This document shows positions 1 through 9,297 of a stretch of DNA of 64,000 nucleotides, in pieces (positions within the stretch are counted from its first letter, which is position 1; each line of letters starts with the position of its first letter). Source of the DNA: an uncultured Bacteroidaceae bacterium (GTDB lineage Bacteria > Bacteroidota > Bacteroidia > Bacteroidales > Bacteroidaceae); the NCBI GenBank assembly GCA_964423665.1, contig CAYRFX010000002.1, forward strand, positions 4,245 through 68,244, written 5' to 3'. The notes beneath the pieces were generated by a model. The model was not told the origin of the DNA and did not search any database. It saw nothing but the letters and a program-made list of their open reading frames with translations. The position numbers were made by a program, and so were the translations under genes.

Positions 1-1002
1 CAATGCATCATTGCTGAAATCTACCGTGCTGCGATAGTGTGCCTGCAAAATGAAGAAACGAATGGTCATTGCCGAATAGGGCTGTGCAAGCAACTTGTGA
101 GAACCAGTGAAGAACTCGTCGAGAGTGATAAAATTGCCGAGCGATTTACCCATCTTCGTACCATTGATGGTTATCATATTGTTATGCATCCAATATTTAA
201 CCACAGGCTTGCCCATAGCCGCCACACCCTGTGCAATTTCACACTCATGATGGGGAAATACAAGATCCATACCGCCACCATGAATATCGAACTGCTCGCC
301 AAGATATTTGCGACCCATAGCCGTGCATTCGCAGTGCCAGCCCGGAAAACCGTTACTCCATGGAGAGGGCCAACGCATTATATGCTCGGGCTGCGCACAC
401 TTCCACAAAGCAAAATCGGCAGGATTGCGTTTTTCGCTCTGCCCATCAAGTTCACGAGTGGTATTGAGCACATCGTCAAGGTTGCGACCCGAAAGAACGC
501 CATAATTATGCGCTTTGTCATATTTTGCAACATCGAAATATACAGAACCTTCGCTCTCATAAGCAAAGCCGTTATCAAGAATCTCCTGCACCAGCTGAAT
601 CTGTTCTATTATATGCCCCGACGCATGCGGTTCAATACTGGGGGGCAACACATTGAGAGCCTCCATCACCTTGTGATAATGAAGAGTATATTGCTGAACC
701 ACCTCCATGGGTTCCAACTGCTCCAAACGAGCCTTCTTCGATATTTTATCTTCGCCATCATCGGCATCGTGCTCCAAATGCCCCACATCGGTGATATTGC
801 GCACATAGCGCACCTTGTAACCAAGATTCTGCAAATAGCGGAAAAGCACATCGAAAGTGATGGCAGGGCGTGCGTGCCCCAAATGTGCGGGACCATAAAC
901 CGTGGGACCACACACATAGAGCCCCACGTTGGGAGCGTGCAAAGGCTCAAACAACTCTTTCTTGCGAGAGAGTGTGTTGTATATCATAAGTTTGTTTTCC
1001 AT
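1..1002 (-). CDS. cysS: Cysteine--tRNA ligase, N-terminal part; the 3' end runs off the window
   Basis: Absent from the ORF track because no stop codon lies in the window. My translation from the ATG (reverse complement of 1000-1002) is [57 protein letters not shown]. This is the typical CysRS N-terminus with a HIGH-type motif (HLGH). The + ORF 37..1056 is its antisense shadow. Confidence 0.88.
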   Translation of the reverse strand, partial: MENKLMIYNTLSRKKELFEPLHAPNVGLYVCGPTVYGPAHLGHARPAITFDVLFRYLQNLGYKVRYVRNITDVGHLEHDADDGEDKISKKARLEQLEPMEVVQQYTLHYHKVMEALNVLPPSIEPHASGHIIEQIQLVQEILDNGFAYESEGSVYFDVAKYDKAHNYGVLSGRNLDDVLNTTRELDGQSEKRNPADFALWKCAQPEHIMRWPSPWSNGFPGWHCECTAMGRKYLGEQFDIHGGGMDLVFPHHECEIAQGVAAMGKPVVKYWMHNNMITINGTKMGKSLGNFITLDEFFTGSHKLLAQPYSAMTIRFFILQAHYRSTVDFSNDAL

Positions 1003-1196
1003 ATAAGAAAAGATTTTATCGTTTATTATCTTCTAATTTCTAAACCGCGAAGATAGTGATAAAAAATATAATTATATAGAAAGAGGCTGTTTAATTTTTG
1101 CTGCAACAAAGCGTTTCTTTTTGATAATTTCTTTTGATGAGAGTTTATCGTTAAAGTAATGCAGAATAGGTCAAGAATAATTTATAGCCACATAAA

Positions 1197-1240
1197 AATA
1201 GCAGTCCAAGGTGTTGTAATAACATTTTTGGACTGCTATT
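1197..1240 (-). terminator. Rho-independent terminator after the beta-propeller lipoprotein gene
   Basis: A 13-bp stem (aatagcagtccaa / ttggactgctatt) with an 18-nt loop. On the minus strand it is followed by TTTTTAT, 67 nt downstream of the stop at 1307. Confidence 0.6.
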
Positions 1241-1306
1241 GCAAGAAAGCATGATGAGCGGTTAAAACCTGTATATCCTTAAAGTGAAACCACAAACTCT
1301 TGTTTC

Positions 1307-2260
1307 TTATTCCTCGACTTTAAACCTCCATATTTGATAATTACCCTTTTTATTTCCTCTATCGGATGTAAAATATATATATCCGTCTGTTGTCCAATGA
1401 GGATGCATATCAACAGATTTATTCTTTGTCATTTGAATCACATTGTCGCCATCTACATTTATTACATATATATCAGCATCTTTTTTATTTTTGTTTGTTG
1501 CTTGAAATGCAATTTGTTTACCATCAGGGCTCCAACATGGTTTAGAAGCAAACCCGCTTTTGGCATCTGTCAATTGCGCTTGATTACCTCCATCAATATC
1601 CATAGTCCATATGCTACAACTTTTAGCATTAGATGCATATTTTACATACGCAATCTTAGAACCGTCGGGCGAGAAAGCAGGTTGATAACCATTACCCAGC
1701 AAGGTAGTCTCGCCGGTTTCCAAATTCTTTATCCATATTTCGCTTTTTTCAATAATTACAGTATTGGCTCCCAAGCCCAATATATTAGCAAATAACGCAG
1801 ACGAAGCATACGAATACGATTGCTTGTCATAAGCGACATATTTACCATCTCTGGAAATTGAAGGATTGCCTTCAAATCCGTTTTGTGTATCAGTTATTTG
1901 CCTTAAAGCTTTACCCTTTGTTCCAGACATCATATAAACATCAGATGTAAGATTACCTTCATTTTGGCATCTAAATACGATCTTGTCTATTACGGCACTA
2001 TATGTAGGTGAATAATTCACATTATTTCCATTTGTTTTTTGAGTTACCGAATTAGAAAACGCGTTATCTTTCTTGTAGATATTATAAAAGTACTTGTTTT
2101 CTCGCGCAGCGTAAAATAAGTTCTTCCCATCATCTCCACCTGAAGGAGTGATACAAGGCTCTTCATTGTCTGTTACTTGAGTTAATGCAGATAGATTCTC
2201 GCCATCAATAGAAATTGCAAACTTTGTAGCGCAACTTGAAAGACCAACAGAGGCAATCAA
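1307..2260 (-). CDS. TolB-like / PD40 (WD40-like) beta-propeller lipoprotein with a disrupted N-terminal signal peptide
   Basis: Repeated SPDG/SRDG-type propeller motifs: ISRDGKYVAY, FSPDGSKIAY, WSPDGKQIAF, WTTDGYIYFTSDR. The tracked ORF starts at a TTG (LIASVGLSSC...). The proper ATG at 2283 is in another frame (see findings). Confidence 0.7.
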   Translation of the reverse strand: MIASVGLSSCATKFAISIDGENLSALTQVTDNEEPCITPSGGDDGKNLFYAARENKYFYNIYKKDNAFSNSVTQKTNGNNVNYSPTYSAVIDKIVFRCQNEGNLTSDVYMMSGTKGKALRQITDTQNGFEGNPSISRDGKYVAYDKQSYSYASSALFANILGLGANTVIIEKSEIWIKNLETGETTLLGNGYQPAFSPDGSKIAYVKYASNAKSCSIWTMDIDGGNQAQLTDAKSGFASKPCWSPDGKQIAFQATNKNKKDADIYVINVDGDNVIQMTKNKSVDMHPHWTTDGYIYFTSDRGNKKGNYQIWRFKVEE

Positions 2261-2364
2261 AGTAATAAATAATATTTTCTCATAGTTTTAGAGTTGTGCC
2301 ATCACAATTCCCAGATGAAAGCGGATAAAAAAAATAGGTGTGGGAACTATATTTGCTTTATCCT

Positions 2365-2519
2365 ATAGGTAGGCTTCTCGCATTGCCTTAGACACGGGAT
2401 AAAACAATAGCCCACACCAAAGGATATGTAAGAAGCCAACAATGGCTGTACAAACCAATGATGCGGTGCTATTGTCTATTACCTTCGTGTCTTGGAAAAT
2501 TTTGCGAGAATTTACCTAT
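2365..2519. repeat. Segmented long inverted repeat, a possible structured RNA leader
   Basis: Four collinear helices: 2365-2371/2513-2519 (7 bp), 2375-2382/2503-2510 (8 bp), 2390-2396/2486-2492 (7 bp) and 2404-2411/2468-2475 (8 bp). Two internal loops of 7/10 nt separate the inner helices, with a small 3/2-nt loop between the outermost pair and a 56-nt apical region. No ORF of 60 aa or more lies in 2284-2763 on the minus strand. Confidence 0.5.
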
Positions 2520-2587
2520 GAAGATAATTTCAATAACACCTTTTAATAAAACATTCTGTTCCTATGGAGAACACCATTGAAACAGTA

Positions 2588-2595
2588 CAAAGGTA
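2588..2595 (-). promoter_or_regulatory. Candidate Bacteroidetes sigma-A -7 box (TACCTTTG)
   Basis: Exact match to TAnnTTTG on the minus strand, about 300 nt upstream of the propeller lipoprotein gene and upstream of the inverted-repeat region. Confidence 0.35.
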
Positions 2596-2763
2596 GATAG
2601 AAGGATTAAATTAAACAAGAAATACCTTGCAAAAGTTGAAAAGTTGAAAGAACATAAAAGATTATTGAGCAGCACTCCTATACTTGCAGTTTGTTTCCTT
2701 TTAAGAGACAAACCGCAAGCGGAGCAGCCTGTTATATTTTTCTGCGAAACAGAAGAGGAACAT

Positions 2764-3267
2764 TCATCTGTAATCCTTCAGCAACCGTTGCAGATGCTGA
2801 CGGGTAAAAAAGATGCGGCTCTTAACCGTGCCCAGTGGCAAGGAGAGCCTTTCGGCTATTTCGCGATACTTAAAGCCGGAGAGATGCATGAGAAAAGGAA
2901 TGCGATATTCGCGGGAGAGGCTGTTCACCACGCGATAAATCTCTTTGCTATCGTAATTGTTTTCTGTTATATAATTGTCAAACTCCTGTGAGCTGTTCAC
3001 ATGAAAGAGATTTTCGGTGTGATCGACGAATGTTTGGTCGCGCACCACTTTACGGTAGTTGTTTATAAAGATGTTACGCATTATGGTATATACCCAGCCT
3101 TTGAAATTGGTATCGGGAGTATATTTGTCCATATTGTCAAGCGCCTTTAACGATGTTTCTTGCAACAAATCGTTAGCATCTTCCTTGTCTGCCGTTAGTT
3201 TATATGCAAAGCGTTGCAACTCAGATTGCACCTCGAGCAACTCCTTCCTGAATTTTGCAGCATCCAC
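2764..3267 (-). CDS. ECF-type RNA polymerase sigma-70 family factor
   Basis: 167 aa. Region 2-like DANDLLQETSLKAL...FKGWVYTIMRNIFINNYRK and region 4 HTH SGFKYREIAERLSLPLGTVKSRIFFTRQHL. Confidence 0.9.
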   Translation of the reverse strand: MDAAKFRKELLEVQSELQRFAYKLTADKEDANDLLQETSLKALDNMDKYTPDTNFKGWVYTIMRNIFINNYRKVVRDQTFVDHTENLFHVNSSQEFDNYITENNYDSKEIYRVVNSLSREYRIPFLMHLSGFKYREIAERLSLPLGTVKSRIFFTRQHLQRLLKDYR

Positions 3268-3381
3268 TATTATCTATTTTTGTTAAGTAATAAACATATA
3301 ACAACACCCATTATATTTTTGTTTAGCAACAAAAAGGTTTTTGCAGTTTTTGCCATTTCCTGCACCTCAACTACATGCAAG

Positions 3382-3433
3382 CATAAATTAAAGAGCAACG
3401 GTGCGTTGCCGCACCGTTGCTCTTTAATTTATG
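3382..3433 (-). terminator. Strong hairpin terminator after ispG
   Basis: A perfect 23-bp stem (3382-3404 / 3411-3433) with a 6-nt loop, 9 nt downstream of the ispG stop. Confidence 0.7.
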
Positions 3434-3441
3434 TAAAAAAG

Positions 3442-5181
3442 TTATTTCTTTTCCCTATCGCTGTCTATCAGTTGCAAAAGGCGTTCTATAGCCTCTTCTT
3501 CGGGAATGTTTTTTTCCACGCACTCCTTTTGGCGATAAAGGCTCACTTTGCCACGCGCAGCACCCACATAACCATAATCGGCATCTGCCATTTCTCCGGG
3601 GCCGTTCACAATGCAGCCCATTACTCCTATTTTAAGTCCCTTGAGATGAGCGGTGGCAGCCTTTATTCGGGCAAGGGTTCCTTGCAGGTCATACATTGTG
3701 CGTCCACAACCGGGGCAGGCGATATATTCGGTCTTGCTAATGCGGGAACGTGTTGCCTGCAAAATACCAAAGGCGATGGAATTGATATCTGCCGCAGGGA
3801 TTGAGGGATTCTCTATCCACACACCATCTACGAGACCATCAATGAGAAGAACGCCAAGGTCGGCTGCCGCTTTTATGCGGAGGCTCTCAACGGCATTTTC
3901 GTTATAGCAGCGATGTACAATGACGGGCGCGGCAATGCCATTTGATGCAAGCTTATGAATAACAGCGCGCAACTCACCCACAGGATTCACATGCGTGCTG
4001 CTTGCAACTATTATTATATCTTTGAGTTCCTTCAGCTTGGTTATATTTTGCGGTGTGAGGCAACGGATACAAAGTGATATTACCGAACCATCAACAGCCT
4101 CATCGACACTCACTGTGTGCAACTGCGAACCTATAAAGTCGGGGGCAATATCGGGAGAATCTACCGCTTCGCCCACTACCACCGGCACCTGCGAGCCACC
4201 CACACAACCTACAACTGCCGTCGGGCGGCGCACCGGTTCCAGGTAACAGAAACCATCATAAACTTCACCCTCAATGGGGCGATGGGCTGCACGCTTTGCA
4301 ATATATTCCACCAGCTCTTTTGCCACAGGAATCTCATTCTCGGGAGCCTCGGCAAGGGATACTCGCACGGTGTCGCCTATTCCATCGGCAAGCAACGCGC
4401 CTATTCCCACCGCGCTCTTGATGCGACCATCTTCAGCATCGCCTGCCTCTGTTACGCCCAGGTGCAAGGGGAAAGAGACACCCTCGCTCTTCATTGCGGC
4501 AACCAGACGGCGCACGGTGGTAACCATCATTGCTGTGTTGCTTGTTTTTATGGAGACAACTACGTTATTGAAATTCTCATCACGACAGATGCGAAGGAAT
4601 TCCATACACGACTCCACCACACCCGAGGGAGTATCACCGTATCGGCTCATAATACGGTCGGACAATGAGCCGTGGTTCACACCCACGCGAATAGCTTTGC
4701 CCTGCTCCTTGCACAAATTGAGGAACGACACGAAACGCTCACGCAAGCGTTTGAGTTCCTCGGCATACTCGGCGTCGGTGTAATCAATATGTTTGAACAC
4801 ACGCGCGGCATCGACATAATTACCCGGATTCACACGCACCTTATCGGCATAACGCGCAGCAGTGTCGGCAACGGCAGCATTAAAGTGAACATCGGCAACA
4901 AGAGGTACATTGCAGCCACGGGCGCGCAATATCTCCTTGATGTTACCCAGATTAACGGCTTCGCGGTTACCTTGCGTGGTGAGGCGTACAAGCTCACCAC
5001 CCTTTGCAACAATGCGCATCACCTGCTCGGCACTGCTTTCGGTGTCCATGGTAGATGTGTTTGTCATTGATTGCACGCGCACCGGGTTATTGCAACCTAT
5101 TGCCACACCGCCCACATTCACCTCCACTGTGGAGCGACGATGGTAGTTAAATAAATCGGGATTAGTTTGTTTTGTACTCAT
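3442..5181 (-). CDS. ispG: 4-hydroxy-3-methylbut-2-en-1-yl diphosphate synthase, long Bacteroidetes-type form
   Basis: 579 aa. The N-terminal TIM-barrel part contains VRVQSMTNT...[10 protein letters not shown]. The C-terminal Fe-S part contains ACPGCGRT and GCIVNGPGE. Confidence 0.95.
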   Translation of the reverse strand: MSTKQTNPDLFNYHRRSTVEVNVGGVAIGCNNPVRVQSMTNTSTMDTESSAEQVMRIVAKGGELVRLTTQGNREAVNLGNIKEILRARGCNVPLVADVHFNAAVADTAARYADKVRVNPGNYVDAARVFKHIDYTDAEYAEELKRLRERFVSFLNLCKEQGKAIRVGVNHGSLSDRIMSRYGDTPSGVVESCMEFLRICRDENFNNVVVSIKTSNTAMMVTTVRRLVAAMKSEGVSFPLHLGVTEAGDAEDGRIKSAVGIGALLADGIGDTVRVSLAEAPENEIPVAKELVEYIAKRAAHRPIEGEVYDGFCYLEPVRRPTAVVGCVGGSQVPVVVGEAVDSPDIAPDFIGSQLHTVSVDEAVDGSVISLCIRCLTPQNITKLKELKDIIIVASSTHVNPVGELRAVIHKLASNGIAAPVIVHRCYNENAVESLRIKAAADLGVLLIDGLVDGVWIENPSIPAADINSIAFGILQATRSRISKTEYIACPGCGRTMYDLQGTLARIKAATAHLKGLKIGVMGCIVNGPGEMADADYGYVGAARGKVSLYRQKECVEKNIPEEEAIERLLQLIDSDREKK

Positions 5182-5668
5182 ATTCCAGTCCTTTAAGCTC
5201 TTCGTTGGCTTTTTCTATTTTCTTCTTAAGATTCTCCTTGTATGCAGCAAGGCGCACGGCAAGCTCGGCATCGGCAAGCGAGAGCATCTCCACGGCAAGA
5301 ATCGCCGCATTTAGTGATGCGTTTACACCCACTGTGGCTACCGGAATACCGGGAGGCATTTGCACAATAGCGAGCAAAGCGTCCATTCCATCGAGAGTGC
5401 TGTTGATGGGCACACCTATAACGGGCAGCGTGGTGCTTGCCGCAATTACTCCCGGCAAATGAGCCGCCATGCCTGCAGCTGCAATAATAATCTTCACGCC
5501 ACGCTCCTTAGCGCCCTTTGAGAACGCCTCCACAGCCTCGGGAGTGCGATGAGCCGAGAGAGCATTAACCTCAAACGGCACCTGCATCTCGTTAAGAAAA
5601 TCTGTCGCTTTTTTCATCACGGGAAGGTCTGATGTGCTTCCCATTATAACGCTTACAATAGCTTTCAT
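5162..5668 (-). CDS. purE: N5-carboxyaminoimidazole ribonucleotide mutase
   Basis: 168 aa: [15 protein letters not shown]...SAHRTPE...[14 protein letters not shown]. It overlaps the ispG start by 20 nt. Confidence 0.95.
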   Translation of the reverse strand: MKAIVSVIMGSTSDLPVMKKATDFLNEMQVPFEVNALSAHRTPEAVEAFSKGAKERGVKIIIAAAGMAAHLPGVIAASTTLPVIGVPINSTLDGMDALLAIVQMPPGIPVATVGVNASLNAAILAVEMLSLADAELAVRLAAYKENLKKKIEKANEELKGLEYEYKTN

Positions 5669-5694
5669 ATATAAATCCTGTTTTTATCTGTTTT

Positions 5695-7686
5695 CTATGG
5701 TCTCTCCTTTATTATACCCTTGCGATAAGCCGTGAGGAGTTTTTCGAGGTCGCTTATCTTCAACATTATTCCACGACCTATATCTGTATCTGCCACATTC
5801 TCGCGACGTCCCATCATCTCCACAATCTGAGTGGTACTCTTAATATCGGTACCATTGATTACAGCCTCCTCAGTAGATTTGAAAGGCTCGTGCTGAACAA
5901 GTTGGAAACCACGGCTGTGATACACAAGCGTGTAACCGGCAATACCCGTGCGGTTGTGATATACACGAGAGAAACCGCCGTCAATCACCATCATGCGCCC
6001 ATCGGCTTTAATAGGTGTCTCACCCTTGAACACACGCACGGGAACGTGCCCGTTTATAATGTGGCGATGGCTGCCCTGAACACCGAACTCATCAAGGATA
6101 TAGTCGCACACCTCGGCTCTGTCGCGCAATATGTAGTACCAGCCTTTAGGTTCCTTCTGCACCTCTTTATCTGTGAGCAGATAACGCTCAAATGTTGCCA
6201 TTTTGGATTTTCCAAAAAGTGGCGAATGGGGACCGCACCAAAGATACCAGAAGAAATCTCTTGCAGCCTCGCGTTCTTGTGCATCGACATCATTATCGAA
6301 AGCCGAGCGGGCAATGCGCTCCACCCTCTTCATAAGATCCTTGCCCTTTACAACAACGCCGTTGATAGAGACCTCGCGCATTGTGCCGTCCTCGTTCAAA
6401 GGCACAGAGGCGTGGAACATGAGATTGGAGTTATATATCACATACATTCCGCCACGCATAAGCAAGCAATTTACATGGTTCTGCAAACGCTCGCTGCGGG
6501 TGAACGAATATCGCAAGCGCTCCATCAAATCCGCCTCCTCGGGCGTGAGGGCATAGGGGTTTGCGGGGTCAAGTGTGGGCCACTGAGTATCAAGCATGGA
6601 ATATTCCTTGCCATCAATGGTTATAGTGCCGCGCTCTTTGTTAATGTGCTCCATGAGACAACGATCCTGCATCTCCCAATGGGGATACTTTTGCGCTATA
6701 GCACCCGACAACTTAAACTCTATTACAGAGACAGCCTTGTGCATTTGCGCTATGAGACGAATATCCTTCTCGGTGTGGTTGGTACGCTCCTCATCAACAC
6801 GCGGGATATATATTTCGCAGGGGTCATCGGCATATTGCTCCATGGCAAAGGTTGCCAGCGGCACCATATTGATGGCATAGCCGTCTTCGAGAGTGCGGGT
6901 GTTGGCATCGCGCAAAGAGAGGCGCAACACGCTGGCGATGCAGCATAGATTACCTGCCGCCGCTCCCATCCACAGTACATCGTGGTTACCCCATGTAATA
7001 TCGAGATGGTGATAATTGCACAAGGTATCCATTATGAGATGCGCTCCCGGACCACGGTCAAAGATGTCGCCCAAAATGTGCAAGCGGTCTATTGCAAGAC
7101 GCTGAATGAGCGAGCAGAGGGCTATGATAAAGTGGTCGGCACGCCCTGTGCAGATTATAGTATTTACAATAGCCGAGAAGTATGCCTGTTTGTTGCGGTC
7201 GTCATTCGCTTCGTGCAAGAGTTCCTCAATTATGTAGGCATACTCTTCGGGGAGGCTTTTCCTCACCTTGGAACGAGTATATTTCGATGAAATATTGCGG
7301 CATACGGTAATAAGACGGTTAAGCATCACGGTGTAATACTCGTCCATATTCTCCACCTCCTGCTTTACAAGTTTCAGTTTCTTTTCGGGGTAATATATGA
7401 GAGTGCACAATTCTTTCTTGTCCCTGTCGGAAAGCGCACTGCCAAAGAGATCGTTTACCTTGCGCTTGATATTACCCGAAGCGTTACGAAGAACATGTTC
7501 AAACGCCTCATTCTCGCCATGCAAGTCGGCAAGGAAGTGCTCGGTGGGCTTGGGCAACTGCAATATCGCCTCCAAATTTATTATTTCGGTGGTTACGCTT
7601 GATACTGTGGGAAAATCGCGCGCCAGCAATCGCAGATAGCGCAAATCCTCTTTTACATCTTCAATAGAAATCTGTTTCTTTGCCAT
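5695..7686 (-). CDS. fbp: Fructose-1,6-bisphosphatase class 3
   Basis: Metallophosphoesterase motifs ADLHGE, GDIFDRGP and WGNHD in a protein of about 660 aa typical of FBPase III. I place the start at ATG 7686 (MAKKQISIEDV); the tracked start at 7713 is a GTG. Confidence 0.9.
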   Translation of the reverse strand: MAKKQISIEDVKEDLRYLRLLARDFPTVSSVTTEIINLEAILQLPKPTEHFLADLHGENEAFEHVLRNASGNIKRKVNDLFGSALSDRDKKELCTLIYYPEKKLKLVKQEVENMDEYYTVMLNRLITVCRNISSKYTRSKVRKSLPEEYAYIIEELLHEANDDRNKQAYFSAIVNTIICTGRADHFIIALCSLIQRLAIDRLHILGDIFDRGPGAHLIMDTLCNYHHLDITWGNHDVLWMGAAAGNLCCIASVLRLSLRDANTRTLEDGYAINMVPLATFAMEQYADDPCEIYIPRVDEERTNHTEKDIRLIAQMHKAVSVIEFKLSGAIAQKYPHWEMQDRCLMEHINKERGTITIDGKEYSMLDTQWPTLDPANPYALTPEEADLMERLRYSFTRSERLQNHVNCLLMRGGMYVIYNSNLMFHASVPLNEDGTMREVSINGVVVKGKDLMKRVERIARSAFDNDVDAQEREAARDFFWYLWCGPHSPLFGKSKMATFERYLLTDKEVQKEPKGWYYILRDRAEVCDYILDEFGVQGSHRHIINGHVPVRVFKGETPIKADGRMMVIDGGFSRVYHNRTGIAGYTLVYHSRGFQLVQHEPFKSTEEAVINGTDIKSTTQIVEMMGRRENVADTDIGRGIMLKISDLEKLLTAYRKGIIKERP

Positions 7687-7756
7687 ACATTTCTCTTTTT
7701 CAAGCCCCTTCACCGGGTGGCGTGCCCTGTGAAAGAACCTTATAACTCTATTATTG

Positions 7757-7764
7757 CAAATTTA
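7757..7764 (-). promoter_or_regulatory. Candidate -7 box (TAAATTTG) for fbp
   Basis: Exact TAnnTTTG on the minus strand, about 70 nt upstream of the fbp ATG. Confidence 0.4.
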
Positions 7765-7867
7765 CAGTTAATTTCTGAAAGAGCAAAAGATATAACGGGA
7801 AATTGGCAGAGCTTGCCATAATGTATGAGACAGATGAGGAAAAAGCACAACTGACACTCTGCGCATA

Positions 7868-9295
7868 TTATTCCTTGCGCAAACGCGCAACGGGTATATG
7901 CAACTGTTCGCGATATTTAGCTACGGTGCGACGTGCCAACGAGAAGCCTTGTGCACACAACTGCTCCATTAGCTCGGTATCGGTGAGAGGTGCCTGCTTA
8001 TCCTCGTTGTCTATGAGTTCCTGCATTGTGCGCAAGAGTTCGTGCACAGAACGTTCACCACCATCTGCCGTCGCAACGCCATCGCTGAAAAAATATTTGA
8101 GCGGATATACTCCCCAGGGCAACTGAGCATATTTGCTGTTGCTCACACGGGAGATTGTGGAAATATCATACCCGGCACGCTTTGCGACATCATCGAGAAT
8201 CATGGGGGTGAGCAGAGCCTCGTCACCACCGCCCACAAAGAAAGGCTTTTGCGCATCTACAATAGCACACATTGTGCGCATGAGTGTCTCCTCACGCTGT
8301 TTGATTGCACTGATAAAACCCTTTGCCGCATCTATCTTTTGTTTAAGGAACAAGGCTGCTGCCCTATGCTCGGGGTTGGAGCTGTTGCTCTGTTCAAGCA
8401 ACATCTGTTCATATTCGGCACTCACACGAAGAGTGGGCATATAATAATTGTTCAATGAAACCGAGACCTCATCTCCTATGATTTCTATATTAAAATCGGG
8501 GATTATCTGTTGGTGGCTGATACCAATACTCTCGGCAAGAGCGGCACCCGGGCGAGGATTGAGACGCACAATATCGGCTATTGCATCGCGGCACTCCTGC
8601 TCGCCAACAGAGAGCTTTGCAGGCAACATATCCCAACGTTTCTTTGCAAAATCATCGTAGCAATCGGTGAGAATGCGTTTGTGCAAGGAGAGGTCGCGAC
8701 GCGCACTCTCACGCTCTATCTGCAACAGAAGGCACTCCTGCAAGGAACGTGCAGCAACACCTGCAGGCTCAAAGGAGTGCAACATCTTAAGCACCTCTTC
8801 AATCTCCTGCAACGACGGAGCTACCGAGGAGTAGAGAAGCAGTTCATCTTCAATCTCGGAGAGAGGTTTATGAAGAAGCCCATCATCATCAAGCGAGCCG
8901 ATGAGATATTCTCCGATGGCACGCTGGCGGGGTGTGAGCGACAACTCCCCGAGCTGTTCCAGCAATGCTTCGCCAAAGGACTGGGCATCGCTCACGGGAA
9001 TATCAATCTCATTATCGCCCGAGTGATAATCCCAGCCGTTATAGTCGGGAATATCATCGGCTGTACGATAATCATCGGCAGAATTAATTTCATCGGCAGG
9101 AAGGGATTCGGCTGCAATATGTTCTGGCTCCGATGCCTCCAATGCAGGGTTATCAATCACCTCACCGCGCACACGATCCTCAACCTCAATGGCTGTGAGT
9201 TCCAAGAGACGCGCCAGCAGCACCTGCTGTGGCGAGAGAGATAAATTTTGCGTCTGTTGCTGTTGTTGCGCTTGCGAAAAGGTACTTTTCTTCAT
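7868..9295 (-). CDS. rpoN: RNA polymerase sigma-54 factor
   Basis: Gln-rich N-terminus (QAQQQQQTQNLSLSPQQ) and a C-terminal RpoN box ARRTVAKYREQL. The ATG at 9295 lies 2 nt after the upstream gene's stop. Confidence 0.95.
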   Translation of the reverse strand: MKKSTFSQAQQQQQTQNLSLSPQQVLLARLLELTAIEVEDRVRGEVIDNPALEASEPEHIAAESLPADEINSADDYRTADDIPDYNGWDYHSGDNEIDIPVSDAQSFGEALLEQLGELSLTPRQRAIGEYLIGSLDDDGLLHKPLSEIEDELLLYSSVAPSLQEIEEVLKMLHSFEPAGVAARSLQECLLLQIERESARRDLSLHKRILTDCYDDFAKKRWDMLPAKLSVGEQECRDAIADIVRLNPRPGAALAESIGISHQQIIPDFNIEIIGDEVSVSLNNYYMPTLRVSAEYEQMLLEQSNSSNPEHRAAALFLKQKIDAAKGFISAIKQREETLMRTMCAIVDAQKPFFVGGGDEALLTPMILDDVAKRAGYDISTISRVSNSKYAQLPWGVYPLKYFFSDGVATADGGERSVHELLRTMQELIDNEDKQAPLTDTELMEQLCAQGFSLARRTVAKYREQLHIPVARLRKE

Positions 9296-9297
9296 AT

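Noticed and set aside
37-1056. 339-aa plus-strand ORF at the left edge
   Set aside because: It is the antisense shadow of cysS. The minus-strand frame gives a clean CysRS N-terminus with a HIGH motif, whereas this ORF's translation has no recognisable motifs.
2644-2991. 115-aa plus-strand ORF overlapping the 3' end of the ECF sigma gene, and a search for a small anti-sigma ORF in 2284-2763
   Set aside because: The plus-strand ORF is antisense to a well-supported sigma gene. On the minus strand only ORFs of 11-20 codons follow the sigma stop, none with a transmembrane or zinc-finger anti-sigma pattern.
3382-3433. Very long perfect palindromes (3382-3433, 22784-22831, 39472-39515) considered as REP or MITE-like repeats
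   Set aside because: Their sequences are unrelated to one another and each sits immediately after a stop codon or between convergent genes. Ordinary, if unusually strong, terminators are the simpler explanation.
5890-6948. Long antisense ORFs inside fbp, the TGS-kinase gene, trkA, dxs, pnp, pyrC, the C26-M19 gene and cobB (5890-6948, 9757-10644, 14904-15800, 16555-17184, 24894-25307, 33325-34026, 34122-34757, 49770-50543, 61950-62612 and others)
   Set aside because: Each lies opposite a gene with strong family motifs and none has any recognisable domain. This is typical shadow-ORF behaviour in moderate-GC coding DNA.
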